This document shows, in pieces, positions 41,476 through 54,687 of a stretch of 64,000 bases of DNA (its first letter is position 1; every line of letters begins with the position of its first letter). The position numbers and the translations under genes are program-made. The notes beneath the pieces are model-generated. The model did no database searches and had not been told where the DNA came from. It saw nothing but the letters and a program-made list of their open reading frames with translations. Source of the stretch: Octopus vulgaris. Its lineage: Eukaryota. Location: NCBI GenBank assembly GCA_951406725.2, contig OX597830.1:21514001-21578000 (forward strand), given 5' to 3'.

Positions 41476-41538
<63 letters not shown>

Positions 41539-41560
41539 CATCATCATCATCATCATTATT

Positions 41561-41649
<89 letters not shown>

Positions 41650-41912
41650 GCCCACGGGCATATGGCGTAGTGGTTAAGAGCGTGGGCTACTAACCCCAAG
41701 ATTCTGAGTTTGATTCCGAGTTCGATTCCGTCGAAAAATACCTTAGGAATGAGAATCCAAGTTCGAAATTTCCCCAAGACACCTGATGAGGACTGGAGAG
41801 TATATCATCCGAAACGTTGTATTAACAACAAACAAGATGAGGACAAATATCCGTCAAATGTAAATAATATAAATAATGTACATATTTCCTCATCTCTTAA
41901 ATATAGAACTGA
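41318..41912. mobile_element. Inverted pair of family F repeats around a TAT/CAT tract and an isolated tRNA-like SINE head (41655-41730)
   Basis: 41318-41460 (-) and 41730-41912 (+) are homologous to each other and to 18866-19040. Confidence 0.78.
41778..41823 (+). ncRNA. Minimal type I hammerhead candidate
   Basis: gacac-CTGATGA-GGA-c-TG..CA-TCC-GAAA-cg-TT-gtatt; stem III reduced to palindrome AACGTT. Confidence 0.6.
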
Positions 41913-42176
41913 AAAGACAGTGATCTAGAGTCTGCGGTACAATTGCTCAGATCGGAGCAGGTGAAACTTTCCAATTCGCCAACAGGAATTTAGCAATATG
42001 TTTTACATATATATATTTTTTGGAGTCTAATAATACTCTGTACGCCTATTTGATTATGAAGATTTACAAACATACTTTCCCAGTGATACTCGGTTTACAT
42101 ACCATTATAAATAATACCAACTGTTCTTTCTCAAACCTTTCATAATGTGATACAAGTCTTTGGTGTAGCAATTGCA

Positions 42177-42258
42177 TGCGACTGAAGAGGGCTTTTGAAC
42201 TATCTGTTATTGATGTAAGAATAAGTTGTTCTATAAAGCTCGAAACATGTGTACCGCA
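42177..42258 (+). ncRNA. Type I hammerhead ribozyme candidate with long stem II
   Basis: tgcga-CTGAAGA-GGGCTTT..AAAGCTC-GAAAC-atgt-GTA-ccgca. Confidence 0.65.
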
Positions 42259-42309
42259 ACATCCTTTGTGTCCTGGTTTTCATTTTATTTCATTTGATAC
42301 ATATATCTA

Positions 42310-42343
<34 letters not shown>

Positions 42344-42449
42344 TATCTAGTTTCAGCTCAAGAGCTGTGGCCATGCAGGGGCACCGCCAATTATATGTAT
42401 ATGTATATGTACATGTATATATATATGTATATGTATATGTATATATATG

Positions 42450-42503
<54 letters not shown>

Positions 42504-42666
42504 AATATACATATATATATGTGTGAATATACATACACTCATATGCTACTATTACCTCTACTGCTGCTACTGCTAATGTTGCTGTTGCTACTGTTGTTGC
42601 TACTGTTGCTGCTGCTACTGCTGTTGCTGCTGCTGCTGCTACTACTGTTATATCAACTACTACTGA

Positions 42667-42706
<40 letters not shown>

Positions 42707-43054
42707 AACTATCATCGAAACGCAATGACATTTTATAGTTCTTTAATTGTTTCAGTTACTTGTTATGTATTTGTTACTTTGTTGTTGTTGTTGTTGTTAT
42801 TGTTTTTATGTGTTTGTGACTTGCGCCAGTGAGTTTTGTATCACAGAAACTTTCGATGTAGATAAGGACCGGAAGTATAAACACCTACGTAGGCTATCAT
42901 ACACGCGAATATTTTTACTTCCGCCACTTACATAACAAAGATGCATGTGTGTGTGGATATACGCAAATATAGATAGATAGAGAGAGAGAGAGAAAGAAAG
43001 AGATTGAGCAATTGATAGATAGATTGATAGATAGATATACAAAAACCATGTATG

Positions 43055-43086
<32 letters not shown>

Positions 43087-43100
43087 CAAAGACATGCATA

Positions 43101-43261
<161 letters not shown>

Positions 43262-43280
43262 TTGTGTGTGCGTGTGTGTA

Positions 43281-43324
<44 letters not shown>

Positions 43325-43412
43325 TATAAATATATATATATATGTATAAATACATACATATACATATATATATATACATATACATACACTTAAGATATAT
43401 ATGTATATGTAT

Positions 43413-43481
<69 letters not shown>

Positions 43482-44019
43482 TGTATAATATGCAGTATAT
43501 ACATACACTGCACGTATATATGCATGCTTACATACAGATGTACATTCACACGCATACATACACTCCTACGCACGTATGTACATACATAATATATACATAC
43601 ATACATACATACATACATACATACATACATACATACATACATACATACATACATACATGCATACATACATACATACATACATACATGCATACATATGACA
43701 TGGCGATAGCTATCAAAGATGGTGTTATCTTCTTCGCTGAATGACATACTGTAAAATTACTGTTCGGCTCAAGAAATCCTCTTGTAATTCCAACAGACAA
43801 CATTCTTGAGTGCCATTTGATTCCTTGTTCTTGTAAGAAAGCCGACCGCTATCAGGAGGTTACAAAGACTTCAACCATTTTATTTTTGTGACTACTTTTT
43901 TTATCCACTGTTGGTATTTTTCGTTGAAATAAAATGTCGTTTGCCTAGTGAAAACTCGAAATCGTGGGAGTTTAAACTAGGCGGTTACAGCGTATAAGTT
44001 TTGACACGATAACAGTGTA

Positions 44020-44250
44020 TTTTAGATGTTCAACAGATAGATATATACTTTAGATGTTGACTGAACAGACACAAACACTATATATAAATTGACTGGGTCT
44101 GTACAGTATGTAGATGCTGATTAAGATAAACGGCCTGTAGACGTTCGTTTAACCAGAAACAGCCTAGAGATGTTCACTAGATAGACTCAGGTTGTAGATG
44201 CTTTCTAGATACGCAGACACAATGAGTAGATACTCATAACGTATACAGTC
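44020..44250. repeat. Degenerate ~29-bp minisatellite
   Basis: tagatg(t/c)t-like motif recurs at ~44022, 44052, 44110, 44137, 44167, 44194 and 44227. Confidence 0.5.
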
Positions 44251-44259
44251 AATATATGT

Positions 44260-44790
44260 GCAGGTATGGCTGTGTGGTTAAGAAGCTCGCTTTGCAACCA
44301 CGTAGTCTCGGATTCAGTTCCAATGCATGGCACCGTAGGCAAATTTGTTCTTCTATAGCCCCAGGCCAATTAAATAATGTCTTCCGAGTGAATTTTGTAG
44401 GCTGAAACAATGTAGAAGTTTGTCGTATATATATATATATATCATTAGAAGAAAAAAAGGATTAAAAAATTCTGGCATTTGGTACTAAAAGAATTTGGTT
44501 AACTATTCAACGATTAGACATCGGTAAATGTTAGTAGAAAACAAATCCCAGGCAAATTCTCGTGAATGACAGGTAAATCCAAATACCCATTGGCAGAATT
44601 TCGAGAAAAAAAAAAAATATATATATACCTGCATGTATGTATATATGCATGTGTATATGTATTCATGCATCTATGTATATAGGTGTGTATGTGTCTTTGT
44701 GTCTGTATTTGACTCCTCCACCGCTTGACCTCCAGCGCTGATTTGTTTTACGTCCACGTAACTTAGCGGTTCGATTAAAACAGATCAACA
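44260..44790 (+). mobile_element. Old SINE family A with family M repeat (44460-44610) in its internal tract
   Basis: 5' half 44260-44425, 3' half 44690-44790; family M also at 51905-52050. Confidence 0.7.
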
Positions 44791-44811
44791 CTAGTACTTA
44801 TAGTCTTTATA

Positions 44812-44976
44812 GTCCGGTACTTATTCTAACTGTTTCTTTTGCCGAACTGCTAGATTTCAGGACGTAAACAAAGCAACATCGACCGCCAAGCGATGTTGGG
44901 GGAGAGAGCTAGAAACATAGACACAAACACACACACACACATACGAATAGATAGACAGACAGACAGACGGACGGAC

Positions 44977-45063
<87 letters not shown>

Positions 45064-45428
45064 CGACAAACAGACAGGTAGGCAGACAGAGAGACAAGCA
45101 GATAGAGAGATAAAGAAAGAGAGAGAGAGTGAGTGGAGAGGGAGATACGATGGGTTTCCTCACAGTTTCAAATAAATTATTTAAAATAAAAATTATTTGA
45201 GATAATTTTCAAAAGCGTTCTTCCCTTTCGCCAAAAAAATGGACGAGCCAACTCTAAACTGATTTTAAAGTTTTCATATGCATTCTTTAACTTCCATCTA
45301 CCAAATTCACGCATAAGGCACTGGTCGGCCAAGGGCTATAGTAGAATACACGAGCCCAAGGTGCCGTGCAGCGGGATTGAACCTGAAACCATGTGGTTGC
45401 TAAGCGAGCTTCTTGACCACACAACCAT
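44812..45428 (-). mobile_element. Old SINE family A with expanded GATA interior
   Basis: 3' half 44812-44930, 5' half 45290-45428. Confidence 0.65.
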
Positions 45429-45512
45429 GTTCTTTAAATTTTCGACCACAGGATTAAACAACCTGGAGTTAAACAACAGCAGCAATAGTATCAATAACAA
45501 CAACAGGAATAA

Positions 45513-46180
45513 TATTGGTTTCAAATTTTGACACAAGGCCGGCAATTTCGGGACAAGGAGTAAGTCGATTACATTGACCCTAATACACAACTGGTACGTA
45601 TTTTATCGACCTCGAAAGGTCGAGAAGCAAAGTCGACCTCGGTAGAATTTGAACGTGAAGTAGGAAGAAATGCCGATGAACAGTTTGCCTGGTGTGCCAG
45701 CTCACCGCCAGGGACAGTAATAATCTTTTCTACTAAAGGCACAAGGTCTGAAACTTTGGGGGAGGGGATTAGTCGATTACCTCGATCCCAGTGCTTCACT
45801 GGTACTTAATTTATCGACCCTGAAAGGATGAAAGACAAAGTCGACCTCGGCGGATTTCGAACTCAGAACGTAAAAGCGAACGGTATGCCGCTAAGAAGGC
45901 GGCGAGCTAGCAGAACCGTTAGCACGTCGGGCGAAATGCTTTGCAGTATTTCGGCTGCCGTTACGTTGTGAGTTCAAATTCCGCCGAGGTCGACTTTGCC
46001 TTTCATCCTTTCGGGGTCGATAAATTAAGTACCAGTTACGCACTGGGGTTCGATGTAATCGACTTAATCCGTTTGTCTGTCCTTGCTTGCCCCCTCTGTG
46101 TTTAGCCCCTTGTGGGTAGTAAAGAAATAGGTATGCCGCTAAGCATTTTGGCCAGCGTGCTAACGATTCTGCCAGCTCGA
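45513..46180 (-). mobile_element. Two SINE family B copies, the second split by another B copy
   Basis: 45513-45710 and 45722-45895 plus 46131-46180. Confidence 0.85.
45896..46130 (+). mobile_element. SINE family B inserted antisense into another B copy
   Basis: 14-bp TSD ggtatgccgctaag at 45882-45895 and 46130-46143. Confidence 0.92.
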
Positions 46181-46399
46181 TTCCAGGGACAGTAATAATA
46201 TTAACAACAACAGCATCTGCAATAACAAAACAACAACAACAACAACAATATTTAAAGTCAGAAACATCATCGACATAAATGCCGACTAATTAATTAAATT
46301 GTCACCTGTCTTTAATTCTGTCTTTAACATGTCTGGTTAATTCTCTGTAATTAGTAAAGGAAATAGGGTCCATTAACAAAAATTTCAACCGTGACAGGA

Positions 46400-47071
46400 T
46401 TAAATATGGCAAATATAGAACGGAAACGCTTCGAAACTTCTCTTCAACGACATCATTACTTAAATCGCTTGTGAACAACCATTCAAGCTTATTGACCCGG
46501 AAACTACCAAACCAGTGTGACGAAAATTGGAGTAGATCCAAAGTGCCGATTCTGCAACGATGAGATTGAAACAGTGGACCACCTAATCTCTGGATGTAAA
46601 GTTTTAGCACGAGTGGAGTATAAATCATGAAATGACAGAGTTAGCCAATATCTATATTGGTTAATATGTTGGCATTATAAAATCAAAGCTGTTGACAAAT
46701 GGTGTAACCGTTACCCTGATGTTGTAACTGAGAGAGAAAAATGTAGTCATTCTTTGGGTCTTTCATGTACATAAGAGTGGGTGGTGAAAAGTTCTTGGCT
46801 TTAGGTAAGAAAAAATACAGTGGGATCAGTTAATTATGATTTTATTTAACATATTCCCCACTCAGATTCACATACTTATTGCAGCGGTCCTTCAGTTTTT
46901 CTGAGCCCTGTAAAAGAATCCGGTACGTTGGGCCTCCAACCTGGCCTTTCAGGATACCCTTAAAGCTAAGAACTTTTAGCGCCCCTCGGACAGACAGAAC
47001 CATCAGAGCTAATAAAATGGACATTGTTGCAAAAGACCAAATTAATGAAATCTGTTAATTGATTGATATGA

Positions 47072-47073
<2 letters not shown>
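46400..47073 (+). mobile_element. Degraded R4-like RLE fragment interrupted by a mariner MITE
   Basis: KCRFCNDEIETVDHLISGCKVLA..DRVSQYLYW..ILW, resuming DRTIRANKMDIV..LIDMS after 46990. Confidence 0.85.
46774..46988 (-). mobile_element. Mariner-derived MITE
   Basis: Reverse complement of 50925-51144; EKLKDRCNKYVNLSGEYVK; inserted at a TA. Confidence 0.85.
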
Positions 47074-47169
<96 letters not shown>

Positions 47170-47176
47170 TATGTAT

Positions 47177-47557
47177 AGGCACAGGAGTGGCTGTGTAGTA
47201 AGTAGCTTGTTTACGAACCACATGGTTCTGGGTTCAGTCCCACTGCGTGGCACCGTGGGCAAGTGTCTTCTACTATAGCCTCGGGCTGGCCAAAGCCTTG
47301 TGAGTGGATTTGATAGACGGAAACTGAAAGAATCCCGTCATATATATATATATGCTTATGTGTCTGTGTTTGTCCCCCCAACACCGCTTGACAACCGATG
47401 GTGGTGTGTTTATGTCCCCGTAACTTAGCGGTTCGGCAAAAGAAACCGATAGAATAAGTACTAGGCTTACAAATACTAAGTCCTGGGGTTGATTTGTTCG
47501 ACTAAAGGCGGTGTTCCACCATGGCCGCAGTCAAATGATTGAAACGAATAAAAGAAT

Positions 47558-47560
<3 letters not shown>
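47177..47560 (+). mobile_element. SINE family A, full length, short internal tract
   Basis: Both halves separated by only ~25 nt of TA/TG. Confidence 0.92.
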
Positions 47561-47625
<65 letters not shown>

Positions 47626-47894
47626 AAGGGGTTGAAAGCGAAATCGTCCTTTAATTGGAATAGTTTCCAAAAGATTCCTAACGTTGTTTCTTCATACTTT
47701 ACTTTGAATTTACTGGTTTAAATTAGTGTAGATATGAAAATTTATATAAGTATGTTAAGTATATGATTTAGCTTATAAAACGAAGTTCGACAAATTCAAT
47801 CATATTTTTCGTAAATGGAGGAAATTAGATGTTAATATGGATTGAAATTATTTTTATTCTTGTAGCCATACGATCGTTTCATACAAAAAGACAA

Positions 47895-48310
47895 TAAACT
47901 CATTTTAAGAATGCGGCCATAATTCTTGCCTTCATTTCATCTTTGGTGTTACAAGGAGTTTCAGTGATCTGTCGCTCAAGTACACCCCACACATCAAGGG
48001 GGTTGCAGTCTGGTGAGTCAGGTGGCCATATGTTAGGAGTGAGTGGTTTATCCTGCTGGTGTGGCATGGTGCAGAGACCTGTTGCCATACATAGGGTCTT
48101 CCAGTAGCCAACCTCTTGACCCAGGGCAGCATTACCTCCTCCAGGCACTTGATGTAGGCCTTGCCTTCGTATTGAGTCTGAGACCGTATGGGTAGAAGAA
48201 TTGGGGCACAACGTCGCCATCACTAGTGATCGCTCCAAACACCATGATGTTGACCGGATGTTTGATTTTAATCACTCTCGGTACATGTTTTGGGGACACG
48301 GCAGATGGAA
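47895..48310 (-). pseudogene. Tc1/mariner-superfamily transposase fragment (maT/DD37D-like)
   Basis: KHPVNIMVFGAITSDG, LPWVKRLATGRPYVWQQVSAPCHTSR and WPPDSPDCNPLD-VWGVLER; frameshifted. Confidence 0.85.
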
Positions 48311-48607
48311 TAGAAATTACGCCATACGTAACCTAATATAAGTTTGTTTCTGAAGTAACTTTTCAAACAAGTACCTCGTTTCTTGAGGTACTTATTTAGA
48401 AGGTCACCTGAGGAAACAAATCTGCACCTAAACTGTATGACAATTAATTGTCTGTTTGCCTGTGTGGTATGATGTGTGTGTGTGTGTGTGTGTATGTGTG
48501 TGTGTGTGTATGTGAGTGTGTGTGTGTAGGCCAGAGTTGTATTCGGTTATTTTCCTTTTTAATATGTTTAAGTTTCTCGTATACTGAACATAAAGTAGAA
48601 CAAATCA

Positions 48608-48648
48608 TGATCTGATGACACCTATTGAGGTAGAAACACGTGTCCTCT
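48608..48648 (+). ncRNA. Hammerhead ribozyme candidate (stem I decayed)
   Basis: CTGATGA-c-ACCT-attg-AGGT-a-GAAAC-acgt-GTC; palindromic ACACGTGT. Confidence 0.55.
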
Positions 48649-50324
48649 GCTATCTTCTTATCGCCAGGTCGTATTTCCCCTTAATGAAAAGCTTTCAGGT
48701 TATCTCCCTTCCTCATTTGGAATAGGTACCATTTACCACCAAGCGATTGTTTTAACTTCTCTGACAGCCGACATCATTTCAATATACCAATAATTTATTT
48801 TCAATGGTATTCAATATACTTTTAATCAACTCTATTATGCCTACTCACAAACACAGAAAAATGGGTTCATGTGAGTGTGCGTATACACATATATACACAC
48901 ACGCACACATATAAATTGTATTATGTATGTATGTTTATATATATATACTATATATATATATGTACACACGCACACATACACACATATGTATATAATATAT
49001 ATACACACACATACACAAAGCGGACTTCCGCACAGTTTCTGTCTGTACGATAGGCGTCCTATGTATCAATGTACGTTTGCCCACGTGTGTGTGTGTGGTG
49101 CGAGTATGTGTGTGTATGCATGCATGCATGTATGTGTGTGACTATATGCATGTTGCTCCTGTGTGTATAGAGGCTATATATTTCGACACACCCACTTCCT
49201 TCGATCGCCTGACTGCAGACGCGACTGCTTCTGCAATTATATAGAGGTGGGGGTGGTTGTGGTTGGAGGGGTGATGCTCGGATGGGTTTAAGTGATGGGG
49301 TTGCGTGGCAGCAGCAGCAGCAGCGATGGCGGCGGCAGCGTGGATGGGGGGGCGTGGGGGGGGGCTAAGGTTTCGGTTTGCCTGTTTGATCGCTAGGTAG
49401 TGCTTTTGGTTGTATGACGGTGAGTTAGTGTGGCGGTGTCACGGCGTAGTTGTTGTGGCGGTGTCGTTGCGAGACGTTCGGCGGCGTGGTCTCGAAATGG
49501 AACGACGGCGGAAGTAGCGTTGTGATGTTGTGAAGTTGTGAGCCACTGAGGGGGTGCAGTGTGAGGTGAAGTGATGTGATGGAGGTGATGTGGCAAGGTA
49601 ATATGGCTGCAGGGATATGCGGTGGTGGTGGTGGTAGTCGTGGTGATGGTGGTACTGGTGATGGTGGCACTGGTGGTGGTTATGATGATGGAGCTAGTGG
49701 TGTTAGTACTGATGTTAATGGTGGTTATGATGGTGGTGGTGGGGTGGTCGTGGTGGTGGTGGATGTGATGGTGGTGGATGTGGTAGTGGTGTTGGTGGTG
49801 GAAATGGTGGTGGTAGTGCTGATGGTATTGTTGGTAGGGTGGTGGTATTGGTGGTGGGGTGGGGGTATTGGTGGTAGTGGCGTGGTGGTGGTTGTGGTGG
49901 TGGATATGATGATGGAGTTACTGATGTTCATGGTGATGATTACGATGGTGGTGGATGTGGTGTTGGTGAGAGTTGGTGGTATTGGTGGTGGGGTGGTGGT
50001 ATTGGAGGTGGTGTGGTGGTGGTGGTGGTAGAAGTAATGGCTGTATGACGGCGGTGATGGAGTTGGTGATGATGGTGCTGATGATCGACGTGATGGTCAT
50101 CGCTATGATGGGGGTGATGTTGTTGGTTTTTCGCTCGGATCGGACCTGATCCGGCAATAGCGTTCTAGACATGACCGTTCCGTCTTGTTTTGATTTTGTT
50201 TGTTTCTTAAACCCAACATTGTATTCATGACGTTAATCAAAATACGATAATACAATTTACAATCTTGTTCCAGTCGTTCGACTGCGGCTATGCTGTAAGT
50301 TTCAAGTAAAAAAAAGGGGGGGCA

Positions 50325-50597
50325 AAGGGTAAAGACCCCTTTCGGTCATGAATGACCATGGTATTGCACCTAAAAGTTCCCCTCCGAGGTTCAAATCCGA
50401 GCAAGGTTGTTTATGGAAGACCAGCCGTCACCCATGCATACCATCCTTCCCCTCTCCATGCCACCGATGTTATCCAAGGGAAAGGCAAAGTCCAATACAG
50501 CTTGGCACCAGTGATGTCGCAACTCATTTCTATAGCTGAATGAACTCACTACCTCGTGATTATGAGCCCGACGCTCTAACCACTGAGCCATGCTCCA
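50325..50597 (-). mobile_element. tRNA-derived SINE (distinct tail)
   Basis: Minus tggctcagtggttagagcgtcgggctcataatc..gagttc followed by a non-tRNA body. Confidence 0.7.
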
Positions 50598-50852
50598 TCA
50601 CAAGTTTCAGGCACGCGTAAAATATGATAGGAAATGCATCCGCTCAATAAACCTTCCTCAGTTGAAGCATTTCAAAATATTTTGAACGGAAGAAAGTTTA
50701 CGTAATAGATACGTTTCGTGTTTCTATTACGCAAATCCGAAACGTACATATTAAATATTATAAAAATATCACTATTTGGTTTGATTTCGTTATTTAAACT
50801 TATATATACATACCTACACACACACATATATATATATGTGTACATATATATA

Positions 50853-50908
<56 letters not shown>

Positions 50909-50924
50909 TACATACATACACACA

Positions 50925-51143
50925 CGAGGTGGGTGGGCTGGAAAGTTTCTGGCTTTAAGGGTATCGCGAAAGGCCTGGCTGGAGGCCCAACCTTCTGAAT
51001 TCTTTTACAGGGCCCAGAAAAAATAAAGGACCACTGCAATAAATGTGTGAATCTGATGGTGGAATATGTTGAATAAAATCATAATTAACTGATCCTCCTG
51101 TATTTTCTTTTGCACAAAACCAGGAACATTTCAGCACTTCCTT

Positions 51144-51144
<1 letters not shown>
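50925..51144 (+). mobile_element. Mariner-derived MITE
   Basis: TIRs cgaggt..gctggaaagtttctggcttt / aaaaccaggaacatttcagcacttccttg. Confidence 0.85.
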
Positions 51145-51180
<36 letters not shown>

Positions 51181-51277
51181 TATATTTGTGTGTGTACATA
51201 CATAGGTATATATATAGTTAGAAGGAAAAAATGGGATTAAAAACTCCTGCCTGATATCAATAAACCACTCAGTATTC

Positions 51278-51890
51278 ATTTCTACTCTAGGAACGAGGCC
51301 CGATATTTTGGAGGTGGGAGCCAGTGATTAGATCGATCTCAGTACGCAACTGGTATTAATTTATCGACCCCGAAAGGATGAAAGGCAAAGTCGACCTCGG
51401 CGGAATTTGAAATCAGAACGTAGCGGCAGATGATTTACCCATTTCTTTACTACCCACAAGGGGCTAAACATAGAGAGGACAAACAAGGACAGTCAAACGG
51501 ATTAAGTCGATTATATCGACCCCAGTGCGTAACTGATACTTATTCAATCGACCCCGAAATGAAGAAAGGCAAAGTCGACCCCAACGGAATTTGAACTAAG
51601 CATTTCGTCCGGCGTGCTAACGTTCCTGCCAGCTCGCCGCCTTTCCTAAAATTATATATTTCTTTACTACCCACAAGGTGCTAAACACAGAGGGGACAAA
51701 CAAGGACAGACAAACGGATTAAGTCGATTACATCGACCCCGGTGCGTAACTGGTACTTAATTTATCGACCCCGAACGGATGAAAGGCAAAGTCGACCTCG
51801 GCGGAATTTGAACTCAGAACGTAGCGACAGGCGAAATACCGCGAAGCACATCGCCCAGCGTGCTATGGTCTCTGCCAGCTCGCCGCCAAT
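51278..51890 (-). mobile_element. Cluster of three SINE family B copies
   Basis: cgaccccgaa..gaaaggcaaagtcgacc repeated at ~51365, 51549 and 51766. Confidence 0.88.
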
Positions 51891-52144
51891 AACGCACTCG
51901 ATATTAAAAACATTTGGTTATAAATGTTCAGCAATCAGATACCAGTAAATGTAAGTAGAATACATCTCCCAGGTAAATCCACGTGCATGACAGGTAAATC
52001 CAAATATCATTTTGCAGAATTTCGAGAAATTCAGAGCATTTAGCCACAAAAAATACAGAGAAAATTATATCTTTATTATAGATCTCACCTTATAAAGCCG
52101 ACTATTGTTTCTACTGCCTTAACATAAGCCTGATATTTATTCAA

Positions 52145-52590
52145 TCAGCCTCTTTTGCTGAACCGCTAGGTTATGGGGACGTAAACACACCAACACCAGT
52201 TGACAAGCGGTGAAGCAGAACAAATACACACACGCACATAGATATATATAATCATATATATACGACAGGCTTCTTTCAGTTTTCGTCTACCAAATTCACT
52301 TACACGGCTTTGGTCGGCCCGTGGCTGTAGTAAAAGACACTTGCACAAAGTGCCACGTAGTGGGACTGAACTCGGAACCACGTGGTTGGGACGCAAGCTT
52401 CTTACCACACAGCCACGCCTGTAATCTTTTATATTTTATTTGCTTTAGTCACTAGACTGTGACCATGCTGGAGTACCGTCTTAAAGATATTTAGTCCAAC
52501 GAATCGACCCTAGGCTTTGTACTTATTTTATCGCTCTCTTTTGCCGAACCGCTAATTTACGTAGACGTAAACGCACCTACACCGATTATC
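52145..52590 (-). mobile_element. SINE family A copy plus 3' fragment of a second copy
   Basis: 52145-52421 and 52435-52590. Confidence 0.8.
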
Positions 52591-54603
52591 ATGTGGTGGG
52601 GGAAAACCGAGGTACCAAGATACCATTACTACCAAATCCACTCACAAGGTTTTACACATGTGTAGTCACACTGACTGAAAATATATTATATAGAAAGAAT
52701 TTTAAGAGCTATATCCGGGTATTTGCTTCATCAGCAGCGAACAGGAAAATGTCAGAGACTTTCATAGCCAACTTCACATGTCACACCTCAATAATCTTAC
52801 TTCCATGAGCACCACCATCACTTCCACCACCAACGCCACCACTGCCACAACTACCACCACCACTACCGCCACCACTACTATCACCACCACTATCATCACC
52901 GCCATAACCACCATCACCACACCACTACTACCACAACCACCACCACCATCATCACCACCAGCACCACTTCCACCGACACCACCAGCACCACTTCCACCGA
53001 CACCACCACTACTACCACCGCAACTATTACCACCACCATCATTGCCACCACCACTATAACCACCATCATCATACAACAACCACCATCATCACCACCAACA
53101 CCACCACCACTACAACCACTTCCACCAACACCACTACTACCACTACCGCAGCTATCATTGTCACCACCACTATCACCACCATCATCACCACTACAATCAC
53201 CGTCACCACTACCACCACCACCACCACCAACACCACCACTACTACCACTATCACCATCATCATCACTTCCACCAACACCACCACCAACACCACCACCACC
53301 ACCACCACCACCATCATCATCACTTCCACCAACACCACCACTACCATTACTGCAGCTATCATCACTGCCACCACTATCATCACTACCACCACATCCACCA
53401 CCATTATCACCACTACCATCATCATGACTAATCGATAGTGGTTGATTGTTGTTGTTGGTGCTGTAATGTAGGAGTTGGTGGGGAATATTGGACTTCAGGA
53501 CCACGGGTCTGCGCCGTGTTGCTTCCAGCATAGCGCAAACCCACAGATAGGTCACGACGGTCAAGAGAAACACTCGTCAGTATTTCCGGTGCTACCGCCG
53601 TCTATTGAGCGTTAGGAAAGGCAACGTTAAATATCTTGGCTGTTAACCGCACTCAGCAAGCTGCAGGTGGCCTTCAGCGTGTCGAGTGGATGCAGAAAAT
53701 GGCCAATGAGTAATTCAAAGTGACGTTCTCATCTCATGAAGACAGATGGCTTAGTTGGCCCCCGCAGGAGTTGAAACCAGAGCGTGGATGATTCGAACGA
53801 ATAACGCTAAGTATTCTATGCTACGCTTTAACTACTCTGCCAATTGCCTGTCTTAACCAATAGTCAAGAACTCCGTATAATGATTTGGGTACACGTCCAA
53901 AAATACCAAGCCTTTTCCTTTTCATAAATCATTTATATATAAAGCCCTATTGTAACAAAAAAAAAGGGGGTGAGGCGAATTGGCAGAAACGTTAGAGACC
54001 CAGACAAAATACCCTGTGGGTATTAGTCCCGATTCTCCGCGCTGTGAGTTCAAAACCTGCAGAAGGGCAATTTTGGCGCCTGTCACGCTTCGAGAATTAA
54101 ATACTAGCCCTATTTAGAAAAGGTTGATAACTAAGTACCTCTCTTGTACGGGGTTTGAGTTTCCTTATCCTCTACTCCCCTCTTTTCTCCTTCCTCCCCC
54201 CCTCAAAGCATCCACCCCTTCTTTTTTCTCTCTCTCTCTCTTTCTTTCTCTCTCTCACTCCTACTTTCCGTATTTTACCCATGGTCGTATCACACTGATG
54301 CATCTGAGAATTAAGTTAAGGGAATATATGACTACGGAATACTCAGCCACTTACGGCTTAATTTTACGAGAATTTCTGTCGATCAACCGAATGCTCATCG
54401 TCGAAACCGACGAAGTATCCGCCACGCTTTTTTTCTGTTTTTAAAGATATCAAGGTATGAATTTGGGCAAGATTTTGCCAGAATGAGCTGATTGGGCGCT
54501 GCTGCTTGGACCCTTACGATTTTGGCAAGGCGGGCTAGACATTCAGCCTGTTTTTCGCGACAATTTTTGTTGCTAGAGGCAAGCAAACAAGCGCGCAGAG
54601 ATA

Positions 54604-54687
<84 letters not shown>

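Noticed and set aside
52790-53425. Pro-rich or Gly-rich ORFs
   Set aside because: Degenerate (ACC)n tract open in most frames
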